DNA of 61,910 nt, counting the filler, from Pseudomonadota bacterium (GTDB lineage: Bacteria > Desulfobacterota > Desulfobacteria > Desulfobacterales > JBDRRP01): assembly GCA_043825735.1 (NCBI GenBank). It is 4 parts of 4 records of this genome, joined end to end, with 100 filler letters (N's around TTAATTAATTAA, not from the genome) between each part and the next. Parts side by side here need not be neighbours in the genome. Positions count along the whole stretch, not along the records: positions 26,269 to 46,285 come from JBDRRP010000033.1; positions 46,386 to 58,549 come from JBDRRP010000043.1; 2 more parts are not named here. The stretch is one strand, 5' to 3'. Position numbers and translations under genes: made by a program. A model generated the notes under the pieces. The model saw only the letters and a program-made list of their open reading frames with translations. It searched no databases and was not told where the DNA came from. How positions within the stretch are numbered: position 1 is the stretch's first letter; each line of letters begins with the position of its first letter. Of this stretch, positions 40,379 through 51,000 are shown in pieces.

Positions 40379-43300
40379 ATGAAAGGGATCACCGCATTTG
40401 CACTGAATAATTCTCGAACCGTCATCATGACGATATTGTTGGTGATTGTCGGGGGTGTTTCTGCATTCATAAGCCTTCCGAAACTGGAAGACCCCTTTAT
40501 TACGATTCGCGAAGCGGTGGTGACGGCAAAATATCCCGGCATGCCGGTAGCGGAAGTCGAGCGCCTGCTCACCCGGCCCATTGAAGAGAAAATCCGGAGC
40601 ATGGGCGAAGTCGACAAAATCAAGAACTCCACTTCCAAGTACGGCGAATGCCTGATCCATGTCACCATCAGCGATGCAGTGCCTGCCGAACAGCTTCCGG
40701 CAACGTGGAAACTGCTGCGAAACCGGATGGCCGATGTCAAACCCGAACTGCCGGAAGGCACCATCGGACCGATGGTCAACGACTCCTTCGGAGATACATC
40801 GGTGGCCACCATCGCCCTGTGGAGCGATGGGTTCGACATGGCGGAAATGCACGAAACCGCCCGCCAAATCCGGGAGCGCCTCAATCTGGTGAAGGGCACC
40901 CAGAAAATCGATCTTACCGGTGTGCAGGACGAGCGTATCTATATAGAGGTGTCGAACGCCAAGATGACGCAACTGGGCATCGATCCCGTCGATATCGGGA
41001 AAAAACTCAAGGAGCAGAACGTCTTATTACCCGGCGGCAGGATAGACATCAACGATGTGGAAATCATCGTGGAGACCGAGGGTCGGTTCGTGTCCATCGC
41101 GGACATCGGGGCGGTCCTCATCCCGATTCCCGGTTCCGAGGCCTCGATTCCGCTGCGCGACATCGCCACCATCCGGAAAGCCTACGTGGAGCCGATCCAG
41201 AACCCGGCCTACTACAATGGCCATCAGACCATTGTATTGAGCGTCTTTATCATCAAAGGGGTCGATGCCGTCGAGTACGGCGCGCGGCTCAAAAAAGCGG
41301 TCGCAGAGATGGAACAATCGCTGCCGTGGGGTTACGTGCTCGAATTCGCCACCTACCAGCCGGATCTCATCAAAAAATCCGTCAGCGGAATGGTGATCAA
41401 CGTGATCGAAAGCATCGCCATCGTCCTGGTGGTGGTCATGCTGCTGCTGGGGCTGAGAACCGGCTTGATCGTGGGCTCGTTTATCCCGCTGGTCATGTTG
41501 TTCGGCCTGTTGATGATGTCCGCGCTGGGGATCGATCTGGAACGGATGTCGCTGGCCACCATGATCATCGCGCTGGGCATGTTCGTGGACAACGCCATCG
41601 TGGTCTCCGACGACATCAAGGTGAATATGGAAACGGGGATGGACCGAAGGGATGCCGTGTTAAAATCCGGCAGCACCCTTTCGGTCCCACTGCTCACCAG
41701 CACACTGACCACCGTTTTCGCTTTCGGACCGATTCTGCTGCAAATCGGTATGGCCGGTGATTATACTGCCTCGCTGGGTTCGGTGATGATCATTCTGCTC
41801 ATGGGTTCGTGGTTTTTCTCCATGTTTTCATCCACCAGCATGTGCTACTGGTTTTTACCGACGACGCCGACCGGCGGCAGTAATCAACAGCCGGGGAGCG
41901 ATCCGTACCAGGGGAAATTCTACCGGATTTATCGCCGTATCCTGGAATTTTCCCTGCGCCAGCGGACGCTCGTGCTGGCCGTGACGGGCGGCGCATTCGT
42001 CGCCGCGATCTATGCGGCAACATTTATCCCGCAGGCCTTTTTCCCAAGCGGGGACCGAAACCAGTATTTGATCTATCTCGATCTTCCCGCCGGTACGCGC
42101 ATCGAGGAGACCGACCGGACCGTCAGACAGCTCAGCGCCTGGCTGCAGGATAAAACGGAGAACCCGGAAATCACCGGGACCATCGCCTACGTGGGCAACG
42201 GCGGACCGCGGTTTTTTCTGTCGCTGGCGCCGCTGGACCCGGACCCGTTCGTCGGGTTTTTGATCGTCAACACAGAGACCAACAAACAGGTCGCCGAACT
42301 CGTCCAGCGCACCGACCACTACCTTCAGAATCATTTTCCCAATGTCCGGGGCCGGGTCAAATCCATGTGGCTTGGGGGCAGTGAATCCGGCCTGTTGGAA
42401 ATCCGGCTCAGTGGCCCGGCCATCGACGTGCTGTGGGCGCAGGCCGAGCAGTTGATGGCCGCCTTGAGAGAGATACCCGGCACCCAGCAGATCAAACAGG
42501 ATTGGACCAACCGGGTGTTTACGGTCAAGGCGAATGTCGACCAGGCCCGGGCCCTGCGCGCCGGGGTGACATCCAAGGATGTGGCCACGGCCCTGGGTTT
42601 CTTTGTCGACGGCACGACCGCCACCAATTACCACCAGGGCAATGTCGAAATCCCCATCGTCGGGCGCGGGGTCAAGGAGGAACGGGATTCCCCCGACAGC
42701 CTGCGCTCGCTCGGCGTCCGTTCATCATCGGGCGGCAGCGTGCCGGTCAGCCAGGTGGCCGATGTATACGCCGTCGGTGAACTGAACCGTATCGTGCGCT
42801 ATAATCAGGAGCGCACCATTACCGTCAGCGCCAAAAACCAGGTGCTGAAAGCCTCGGAAATGTTCGCTGCCCTGAAGCCCACGCTGGCGGCGATGACGTT
42901 TCCGAAAAATCACTACTGGCATGTCGGCGCCGAACTCGAGGACTCCGCCACGGCTCAGAAGAACCTCTCAAAATGGCTGCTGCCGTGTTTTGGCGGCATT
43001 GTCTTTTTGCTGGTATGGCAGTTCAACTCCATCCGGCGGGCCGCCATCATTATCCTGACCATACCGCTGGTCATCGTCGGCTCCGTGGTAGGTCTGATAT
43101 TGATGCGGGCCGATTTCGGATTCATGGTCATCCTGGGGCTGCTGGCTCTGGCCGGGTCCATCGTGAACAACGGCATCGTGATGATCGATAAAATCGAGGA
43201 GAACCAGCGCGACGGGCAGACGCCCTATGATGCGGTCGTCAATTCGGCCGTCAGCCGGTTCCGGCCGATCCTGCTGTCGGTGTCGACCACCATGCTGGGT

Positions 43301-43465
43301 TTTTTGCCGCTGATCATCAATCACGATCCGCTGTTTTTCGGCATGGCATCGGTCATGTTCTTCGGGCTGGGCATCGGCAGTCTGTTTACGCTGAACTATG
43401 TGCCGGTACTTTACAGCATCTTTTTCAGAGTCAAATCACCGGCCGCCGGTGTGCAGCCCGGTTGA
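40379..43465 (+). CDS. RND efflux permease (AcrB/AcrD/AcrF family)
   Basis: About 1028 aa; LPKLEDP, ALGMFVDNAIVV, GSIVNNGIVMID and RFRPILLS. Confidence 0.95.
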   Translation: MKGITAFALNNSRTVIMTILLVIVGGVSAFISLPKLEDPFITIREAVVTAKYPGMPVAEVERLLTRPIEEKIRSMGEVDKIKNSTSKYGECLIHVTISDAVPAEQLPATWKLLRNRMADVKPELPEGTIGPMVNDSFGDTSVATIALWSDGFDMAEMHETARQIRERLNLVKGTQKIDLTGVQDERIYIEVSNAKMTQLGIDPVDIGKKLKEQNVLLPGGRIDINDVEIIVETEGRFVSIADIGAVLIPIPGSEASIPLRDIATIRKAYVEPIQNPAYYNGHQTIVLSVFIIKGVDAVEYGARLKKAVAEMEQSLPWGYVLEFATYQPDLIKKSVSGMVINVIESIAIVLVVVMLLLGLRTGLIVGSFIPLVMLFGLLMMSALGIDLERMSLATMIIALGMFVDNAIVVSDDIKVNMETGMDRRDAVLKSGSTLSVPLLTSTLTTVFAFGPILLQIGMAGDYTASLGSVMIILLMGSWFFSMFSSTSMCYWFLPTTPTGGSNQQPGSDPYQGKFYRIYRRILEFSLRQRTLVLAVTGGAFVAAIYAATFIPQAFFPSGDRNQYLIYLDLPAGTRIEETDRTVRQLSAWLQDKTENPEITGTIAYVGNGGPRFFLSLAPLDPDPFVGFLIVNTETNKQVAELVQRTDHYLQNHFPNVRGRVKSMWLGGSESGLLEIRLSGPAIDVLWAQAEQLMAALREIPGTQQIKQDWTNRVFTVKANVDQARALRAGVTSKDVATALGFFVDGTTATNYHQGNVEIPIVGRGVKEERDSPDSLRSLGVRSSSGGSVPVSQVADVYAVGELNRIVRYNQERTITVSAKNQVLKASEMFAALKPTLAAMTFPKNHYWHVGAELEDSATAQKNLSKWLLPCFGGIVFLLVWQFNSIRRAAIIILTIPLVIVGSVVGLILMRADFGFMVILGLLALAGSIVNNGIVMIDKIEENQRDGQTPYDAVVNSAVSRFRPILLSVSTTMLGFLPLIINHDPLFFGMASVMFFGLGIGSLFTLNYVPVLYSIFFRVKSPAAGVQPG

Positions 43466-43577
43466 TTCGGTGGGTATCTTCGTAAAAAAAATATTGAACC
43501 ACGGAGTTCAGGGAGGACACGGAGGGTTAATAGTGCCTGGCTGTGCACCATTCTCAAGCTGGTGTTCCGGCTGTTTC

Positions 43578-43731
43578 GTAGGGGAGGGGTTTATCACCTC
43601 CCGAAATCGGCGAAGATTTACCCAATCGTCCGGGTTCACCCATCACGGGCGGGGATCCGCCGTCGCCAAGGCTTCCGCCGCCGCTGCGCTAAGGCGGATA
43701 AAATGGCGGACAAGTCAACCCCGCACCCTAC
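43578..43731. repeat. GTAG-type REP doublet with nested palindromic inserts
   Basis: GTAGGGGAGGGGTTT...AACCCCGCACCCTAC, with the right unit split by TCCGCCGTCGCCAAGGCT...ATGGCGGACAAG. Confidence 0.6.
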
Positions 43732-43798
43732 ATGATCTATCGTTTCACGGCACCCATTTGGGATGCCACGATGAACGCTTTGTTGCAGCGATGAATAT

Positions 43799-44212
43799 TG
43801 ATGCTCCCATAAAAAGTCCGAATCTCTCGCAAAGCCGCAAAGATCGCAAAGTTAACACGTTGAAATTAAATAATTTTTTCTTTGCGTGCTTGGCGTCTTT
43901 GCGAGAAAATTGCTTTTTTACGGATTCATCAATATTGATGGCACCGTAAAAAGTCGAATTTTTCCTTTTTTCGTCATCCCGGACGAGTGAAACGAGATCC
44001 GGGATCCAGTGATTTCAAGCACTTCTGGACCCCGGCGGTCGCCGGGGTGACGGCTTTTCGGGCTTTTTACGGCTTTATCAAATTTGATAGAACCGCAAAA
44101 AGTGTTTTTGAAACACAGAGATCACAGCGGAACACGGAGAATTTAGCTAATAATTAATGGGTTATCTCTGTGTTCTCTGCGTCCTCTGTGGTGATTTCAG
44201 ACTTTTTATGAG
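43799..44212. repeat. Tandem array of three CGTAAAAAGT-family elements with different cores
   Basis: Units 43799-43931, 43936-44080 and 44085-~44212, separated by ATAT/AATT. Confidence 0.8.
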
Positions 44213-44222
44213 GGAGAGCGTT

Positions 44223-45845
44223 ATGGATACGGGCAACGTCTCTGCGGCAACTGAAAAGAAACAAACACGGTGCTTCCCCTGGCTGCTGGGGTTAGTGATC
44301 ATCGTGTCGACGATGAGCGGCTGCACAATGGTCGGGCCGGATTTTGTTAAGCCGGAGGCGTCGGTGCTCAATGACTGGACCGAGGCGCAGGCGTCGGGTG
44401 TCAGTGGCGGAGAAACCGACTACCGCAACTGGTGGCGAGTGTTCAACGACCCGGTTCTCGACAATTTGATCCAAAAATCCTATCAGCAGAACCTTTCCCT
44501 GCAGATTGCCGGTATCCGCATTTATGAGGCGCGCGCGCAACTGGGTATCGCTGTCGGTTATCTTTACCCCCAGCAGCAATCGGCTTCCGGAGAGCTGACA
44601 AACAACAAACTGAGCACAAGCACCACAACCCCCATTATCGACGACCGGTTCAATGCCATGAGCCTCGGCTTCGATGCCGCCTGGGAGGCCGATATCTGGG
44701 GCAAGTATCGTCGCTCGGTGCAATCGGGGGTCGCCAACCTGGAAGCGAGCGTCGCCAGTTATGACAACATTCTCGTATCGCTGACGGCCGAAGTCGCGCG
44801 CACCTACATCGTGATGCGCACGGTGGAGAAACGGTTGGAGATCGCCAAGGAGAATGTCCGGCTGCAGGAGCGATCTTTGCAGATTGCCGAAGTCCGGTTC
44901 AATGAGGGCGCCGTTTCGGAGTTGGATGTGGCCCAGGCCCAGATGTTGCTGAAGGACACCCAATCCCTGATTCCCCGGTTTGAAAGCAGTCTGCGCCAAT
45001 CCCAGAACGCACTGGCCACCCTGCTGGGCGTGCTGCCCGGCGAGCTGAAAGAAATGCTCAATGGTCCGGCTCGGATTCCGGCAGCCGCCGAGACCGTCAT
45101 TGTCGACGTCCCCAACAATCTTCTCCGGCGTCGACCGGACATCCGGTTGACCGAGCTTAGAGTCGCCTCCCAGAGCCCGCAGATCGGGATCGCCAAAGCA
45201 GACCTGTACCCTCATTTTTACCTGTTTGGTACCATTGGATGGCGTTCATCGGATGCCACTTCGGTATCGGGCCAGAATGATTTGGGCGATATCTTCAGCG
45301 AAAAAAGCCTGTTCTGGAGCGCCGGCCCTGGTTTCAGTTGGGATTTTCTCAACTACGGGCGGATCAGAAACCGAGTGCGGGTGGAAGATGCGCGCCTTCA
45401 ACAGCTTGTGATCAATTACAAAAATACGGTTTTAAACGCCCAGCGCGAAGTCGAAGATGCGATGGTGGCGTTTGCGCGTTCCAAGGAAGAGGAGCGGTTC
45501 TTGAAGGAGAGCGTCAGCGCTGCCCAGCGATCGGTGGCCATATCTTCGCTACAGTACAAAGAAGGGGCCACCGACTATCAAAGGGTGCTGGATTCCCTGC
45601 GTTTCCTGGCGACGCAGGCCGATCGTTTGACTGAGGTCAGCGGCCAGGTGGGCCAGCACCTCGTAGCCACCTACAAGGCCCTGGGCGGCGGCTGGCAGCT
45701 CAGGGAAGGCGAGGAAATCCTTTCGGAAAAGAACAGAGGCGAAATGACGGCGCGCACCAGCTGGGGGGGAATGCTGGATCCGGAAGGACTCCGACTGCCG
45801 GTTGACGACAGCACCCGCGCGGATTGGCAATGGCCGGACTGGTGA
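44223..45845 (+). CDS. RND efflux outer-membrane factor (NodT/TolC family) lipoprotein
   Basis: SGC-TMVGPDF lipobox, WWRVFNDPVL, WEADIWG, LLRRRPDIR and YKALGGGW. Confidence 0.93.
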   Translation: MDTGNVSAATEKKQTRCFPWLLGLVIIVSTMSGCTMVGPDFVKPEASVLNDWTEAQASGVSGGETDYRNWWRVFNDPVLDNLIQKSYQQNLSLQIAGIRIYEARAQLGIAVGYLYPQQQSASGELTNNKLSTSTTTPIIDDRFNAMSLGFDAAWEADIWGKYRRSVQSGVANLEASVASYDNILVSLTAEVARTYIVMRTVEKRLEIAKENVRLQERSLQIAEVRFNEGAVSELDVAQAQMLLKDTQSLIPRFESSLRQSQNALATLLGVLPGELKEMLNGPARIPAAAETVIVDVPNNLLRRRPDIRLTELRVASQSPQIGIAKADLYPHFYLFGTIGWRSSDATSVSGQNDLGDIFSEKSLFWSAGPGFSWDFLNYGRIRNRVRVEDARLQQLVINYKNTVLNAQREVEDAMVAFARSKEEERFLKESVSAAQRSVAISSLQYKEGATDYQRVLDSLRFLATQADRLTEVSGQVGQHLVATYKALGGGWQLREGEEILSEKNRGEMTARTSWGGMLDPEGLRLPVDDSTRADWQWPDW

Positions 45846-46072
45846 AGCATGCGGCTTGCTTTTAAAGATCATTTTTTCCGATGCGGTTGTTGATCACCAC
45901 GGAGTTCACGGAGGGCGCGGAGAAAAGAAAAGCTGATTACTCTCGCCAAGGCGCAAAGAACGCTAAGACAAAACATTATAAACCACGGAACACACGGAAC
46001 ACACGAAAAGACAACAAGAAAATCTGTTTATGCATCTGCCTCAAGTTGGCCAATTTGCCAGCATCGGAAGGC

Positions 46073-46146
46073 AACCACCGATTTGCAAAAAACCCAAAAC
46101 CCGTCACCCCGGCGAAGGCCGGGGTCCAGAAGTGCTTGAAATCACT
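46073..46146 (-). repeat. Half of a REP-like element forming the intron's 3' exon
   Basis: Its reverse complement matches 44008-44080. Confidence 0.75.
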
Positions 46147-46285
46147 ATAGGGGTGGGAAAACCCGGTTACCCGGGCTCTCCCCCCTCCGAACCGGACATG
46201 CGGATCTCCCGCATCCGGCTCTCCGGTCGGCGGTTTTACCTCATGAGGACTGAAGCAAGGCGCGATGGGCATCATAAAGGCTAAA
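46147..46285 (-). mobile_element. Group II intron 3' end (domains V-VI and the last codons of the RT/maturase), truncated by the contig end
   Basis: Minus strand reads GAGAGCCGGATGCGGGAGATCCGCATGTCCGGTTCGGAGGGGG (DV, AGC triad), then a DVI hairpin and terminal CCCTAT. The upstream frame is FSLYDAHRALLQSS*. Confidence 0.9.
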
Positions 46286-46385
46286 NNNNNNNNNNNNNNN
46301 NNNNNNNNNNNNNNNNNNNNNNNNNNNNNTTAATTAATTAANNNNNNNNNNNNNNNNNNNNNNNNNNNNNNNNNNNNNNNNNNNN
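46286..46385. other. Artificial contig linker
   Basis: N-run with TTAATTAATTAA. Confidence 0.98.
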
Positions 46386-48000
46386 GTTTTTGACCGATGC
46401 CGAAACCACGGCGTATGGGCTGACCCCGCAAATCTACATAGAAGTAAAATCCGTGGACACTTTTGGCGGTGAATCGGCAGTCGGAGCCTACAACGCCGAG
46501 GCGGGGAGTCTTTCCATCAAAGCGGCAGACATGGGTAGCTTTGCCGTCACGGCCAGCAAGATTTTCACCAAGATCCCGGTCCTTGAGGGCGATACCTGGA
46601 CAGATGATGCGGCCAATGGGTTTATTGGCTGGAACGCCCACAAGATCTATTACAATGGCGTTGAATACAACATCGCCGCAGGCGTCAATGTCAGTAAAAA
46701 ATACGTTTATTGGGTCAATGGGGTCAGCGCGTATGCCACGGCAGATACAATCCCCACTCTCAGCGACGGTGATTTTCTTATCGCCACCAACGTCGGCGGG
46801 CTGCATGACCTTGCCTGGAACGCGATCGCAAACCAGGTAATTGGCTCAGCGTTCATAGCCGATTTGGCTGTAAAGAATCAGCATGTGGAAGACATCGCCG
46901 CCGATAAGCTCACGGCCGGGATCATCCAGGTCCTCCTGGAACTCAAATCGGAAGGGAAAATTACGGTCTCCGAAGGCGCCGATATTGTCGTCGGCGACAC
47001 CAATATCACCCTCGATTCAACAAATAATCAAATTGTCGTTTCAGTTGATGGCGGCCCTGACGAAGAAACCCCGTCCGTGGGCCTGCATCACGCTATCTTA
47101 AAGCACGGCGAGCTGACGTTTCACTATTGGAACGGCACCGAAATGGTCACGATAAAGGCCATCCGGCAAGTGGATACGGGCCTTGCCACCGTCGGATCAA
47201 ATGGCACTGTCACGATCACCACTGAAAAGCCCTTTATCGAATCACCGAAAATCGCTGTCGTTCCGGCCAACATGCCAATTTATAACAAAGATTACGCAGC
47301 CTATAATCAGCGGCTTGTTCTTGGAAACGGGCCACCAACTCAAAATGAGGATCTTACCTGGAATTTCGACGTAACGGCGTCCCTTTACAGATCGGACGCC
47401 CTCATCGATGTTACCAATGGTCAGGCGCATACCAACGGTGATGGCCTAGTTGCCCAGGTGAGGATGTTTGAACTCAACACCCCGATGACGCCTCTATTTA
47501 ATACGGACCAATCTTTCGGGATATCTTCAGCAAAATTTGATGGTCACTCCTATGCCCTTACCACATTAAACTGTACCAGCGAGTGGGTTGATAAGGCATG
47601 GTGGGGGATCACTGATCCGCACGTTAAAGTCATTGCCGATATTGATCTCACCGCCACACGCGGCAACTGGAATAACGGTTACTGGCTCTACAGCAACCTG
47701 GTGGCCACCATAGAAGATGAAGATTTTGTCCAAGCAAGCAAATATTATCCAAATCATTTCAACAAAGGAACATGGGATGGCGGTGTTCCCATTGCCGACC
47801 AGCTCGAACTATCCACCACGAGAAAAGTAAGATTCCAGCTGATTTCAACCTATGCTGGAGATTATTATTTTGATGGTTGGGGGGTAGGGCAAGGAATGAA
47901 TCTGGCCGGGATGCTTGTAAAAAATCTCAGGTTTTTGACCGGTGTCGCATCAACACCAATCAGTGTCGGTTCAATCCAGTGGACCGCAATCGGGCGATAA
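46386..48000 (+). CDS. Phage tail-tip / host-specificity protein, C-terminal part (5' truncated)
   Basis: Open from the contig edge. VKSVDTFG and IGSAFIADLAV...IAADKLTAG are typical of gpJ-like tail proteins. Confidence 0.65.
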
Positions 48001-48073
48001 ATTCATTGCTCTTAAATCTCACCGTTAGTAAGATAAGGCTTTCCGGGGAGAAAGATAATGTGAGGATGCGCCA

Positions 48074-51000
48074 ATGAGCTTTTACAGTGCTGGAACCGTC
48101 AGTATCGCCAACGGAAGCGCTGTGGTTATCGGCAATGGAACTGCGTTTTTGTCCAATGTCGCCATCGGGCAGCTTTTTAAAGTAAAAGGGATCCCCGCCA
48201 CCTTTGAAGTCCAGCTTATTGCCGATGATACCCATCTTACGCTGGACGCTCCTTGGTCAGGATCCAACCAGGTCGATGTCGAATACATCGTTGCCAAGGA
48301 TTTTACGCCGACATTCGGATTGCCGCTGCTCGCTGTTGGCATGAAAGATTGGGTCTACTGGTACAATTTGATGCTGGCGATGGTCGACACGGCCCTTGCA
48401 ACCGGCTCTGTGGCCGAAGGCGTCACCAACGGCAACGCTCACGATCACTCAGGCGGTGATGGCGGGCAGATCTCCCATGCCGCGCTCTCTGCCATAGGAT
48501 CAAACTCCCATGCCCAAATAGATGCGTTCATTGGGTCCAGGGCGGCGGCAAATGGCCTTGCCACCTTGGACGCCAACGGAAACCTTCAGCAGCTCCCGGG
48601 GATCGTCACGGCCACGCCGACCGCCAATGCCATCGCGCTTGCCACGGCATCTGCAAAACTCGACGCCTGGGTCTCTGTGGCCAGCGAAACGGTACCGGGC
48701 ATTGTTGAGCGGGCTTCGCTTGTGGAAGCTCTGGCCAAAACCGATCAGACGCGGCACATGACCCCGTACACATCGGCAGCACTCATCACCCAGGAAATCA
48801 GCTCGCAGGTGATCGCGGGCGCCCCCGCTGCGCTCAACACCCTGGATAAATTGGCAGCGTCGATTGGCGATAACGCCGCGTTTGCAGCTACCATGACCAC
48901 GGCGCTTTCCGGCAAATCGGCCACGGGTCATACGCATGTCCCCGGCGACATCACCAACCTTACCAGTACATGCCTGGCGCTCGCCGGCGGCACGATGACC
49001 GGTCATCAGTATTTCGACGATGGCGTGATGATCAAGCTTGGCACCACTCAGCAGGCCGATTTTTACGAGAGCTCAGACTGGACATGGTTGAGAATGAACG
49101 CCACCGGACTTGGGTTCGCGATCACCGACACCACCACCAATTATCTGATGATCACCAAGGGCACCGGGCTTCAAATCCGTCATTCCGGCACCAATATGAG
49201 ATTGCGGACCTCTGCCGCTGGAATGGATCTCTTTGGCATAATGGCGGTCCAAACTTTCGGGGACGTGACCGCAGGGTTGACCGTTGACGGAACGGCCGTA
49301 TCGCTTTCAGGCCACACGCACGATGACCGCTATTTTACCGAGACCGAAGTAAATCAGCTTATTGCTGACCTGGTGGCATCGGCGCCTGGCACTCTTGACA
49401 CCCTAAACGAGCTGGCGGCCGCCCTCGGCGATGACCCCAATTTTGCCACGACGGTCACCAACTTAATTGCGGGAAAATCTGACACAAGTCACACCCATGC
49501 GACTTTGTACGCGCCGCTGGCGCATGTCGGCGCAACCGGGACAGCCCACGGCAACGCGACCGGATCTGTCGCAGGCTTTATGACCGCCGATGATTTTACC
49601 AAATTGGCAGGCATCGAGGCCAGCGCGAACAATTATAGCCACCCGGCGGCGCATGCGATCAGCTTTATTACTGGTCTGCAAACGGCACTGGACGGAAAAG
49701 CTCCAACCCATACGCACCCGTATCGGGCAGATTCCTGGGTGCCCGCATGGACCGATGTAACGAGCAAGCCTAGTACATTTCCGCCATCTGAGCACAGTCA
49801 CACGCTGCTTGCCCAAGATACGACATCCGACCCCGACAACGCCTATGGTGAAGGCTTGCGGATGATCAAAGTAATTACCAACCCGGGCTCAAGTGCGACG
49901 ATGTCGGCTTCGCTCACGTCACTCGCCTACGATTTGCAGTTCGGAACCGGGGGCGGTTATGCCGGGTTTCAGTTCTATACGACCAACAGTGCGTTCGCAA
50001 ATAGCGGCGATCTCTATGTGCGCCTGGCTAACAGGGTATTGTCATGGCGCACTGGTTACAAAGTTTACCATGCAGGGAATCTGCTGGCAGCTACCGGGAT
50101 AGCTGCTGGGCTGATGAGCGCAGCGAATTTCACGAAACTCTCGGGTATCGCCACCGGGGCCAATCTGTATGTCCATCCCGCAGCCCATGTGATCAGCGAA
50201 GTGACTGGCCTTCAGGATGAACTGGATGGTAAAGCTGCCACCCACACGCACCCATATCGCGCCGATTCCTGGGTTCCGACATGGAGTGATGTAACTGACA
50301 AACCGAGTGTATTCACGCCCGACACACATGTCCATTCAGCAGCGGATCTAACCAGTGGTGTGATTGCGGCCGGCGCACGAATTGGATCTGGCACCAGTGG
50401 GTTTTTGAAATACGCCGCAGGAACGCCAACATGGGCAGCAGTGACGAAATCCGATGTAGGTCTGGGGAGTGTGGAAAATACTGCGCTCTCAACCTGGGCG
50501 GGATCAGGAAACATCACCACCATCGGCACGCTGTCGGCGGGAACTGTTCCGTGGACGCGGCTTTCCGGGGTGCCGTCAAGTTTCGCGCCGGCTTCACACG
50601 CTCACGGCAATATCGCCAATGGCGGAACCGTTGGATCTACCGCCAATCTGCCTCTGATCACTGGCACATCAGGTATCATTCAGGCGGGATCATTTGGTAC
50701 TGCGGCCGCAACTTTTTGCCAGGGAAATGATTCCCGATTGTCAGACGCTCGGACGCCTTTGTCGCATACACTGCTTGGCCATACCGTTTCCGGACTGACC
50801 ATCGGGCATTTTTTGAAGGCCACTGGCGCGGGCACTTTCGCTTTTGCCGCTCACGGACTTACCAAGTCGGACGTGGGCCTTGGCTCGGTCGAGAACACCG
50901 CATTGTCGACCTGGGCAGGAAGTAGTTATATCACGGCCATTGGAACGCTTTCCTCTGGCTCGGTGCCGTGGGCAAGGCTTTCCGGCATCCCGAGCACATT

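Noticed and set aside
43799..44212. CRISPR array or integron cassette array
   Set aside because: The units are bounded by inverted, not direct, repeats. The cores are themselves multicopy palindromes, and there are no cas genes, integrase or attC-flanked ORFs.
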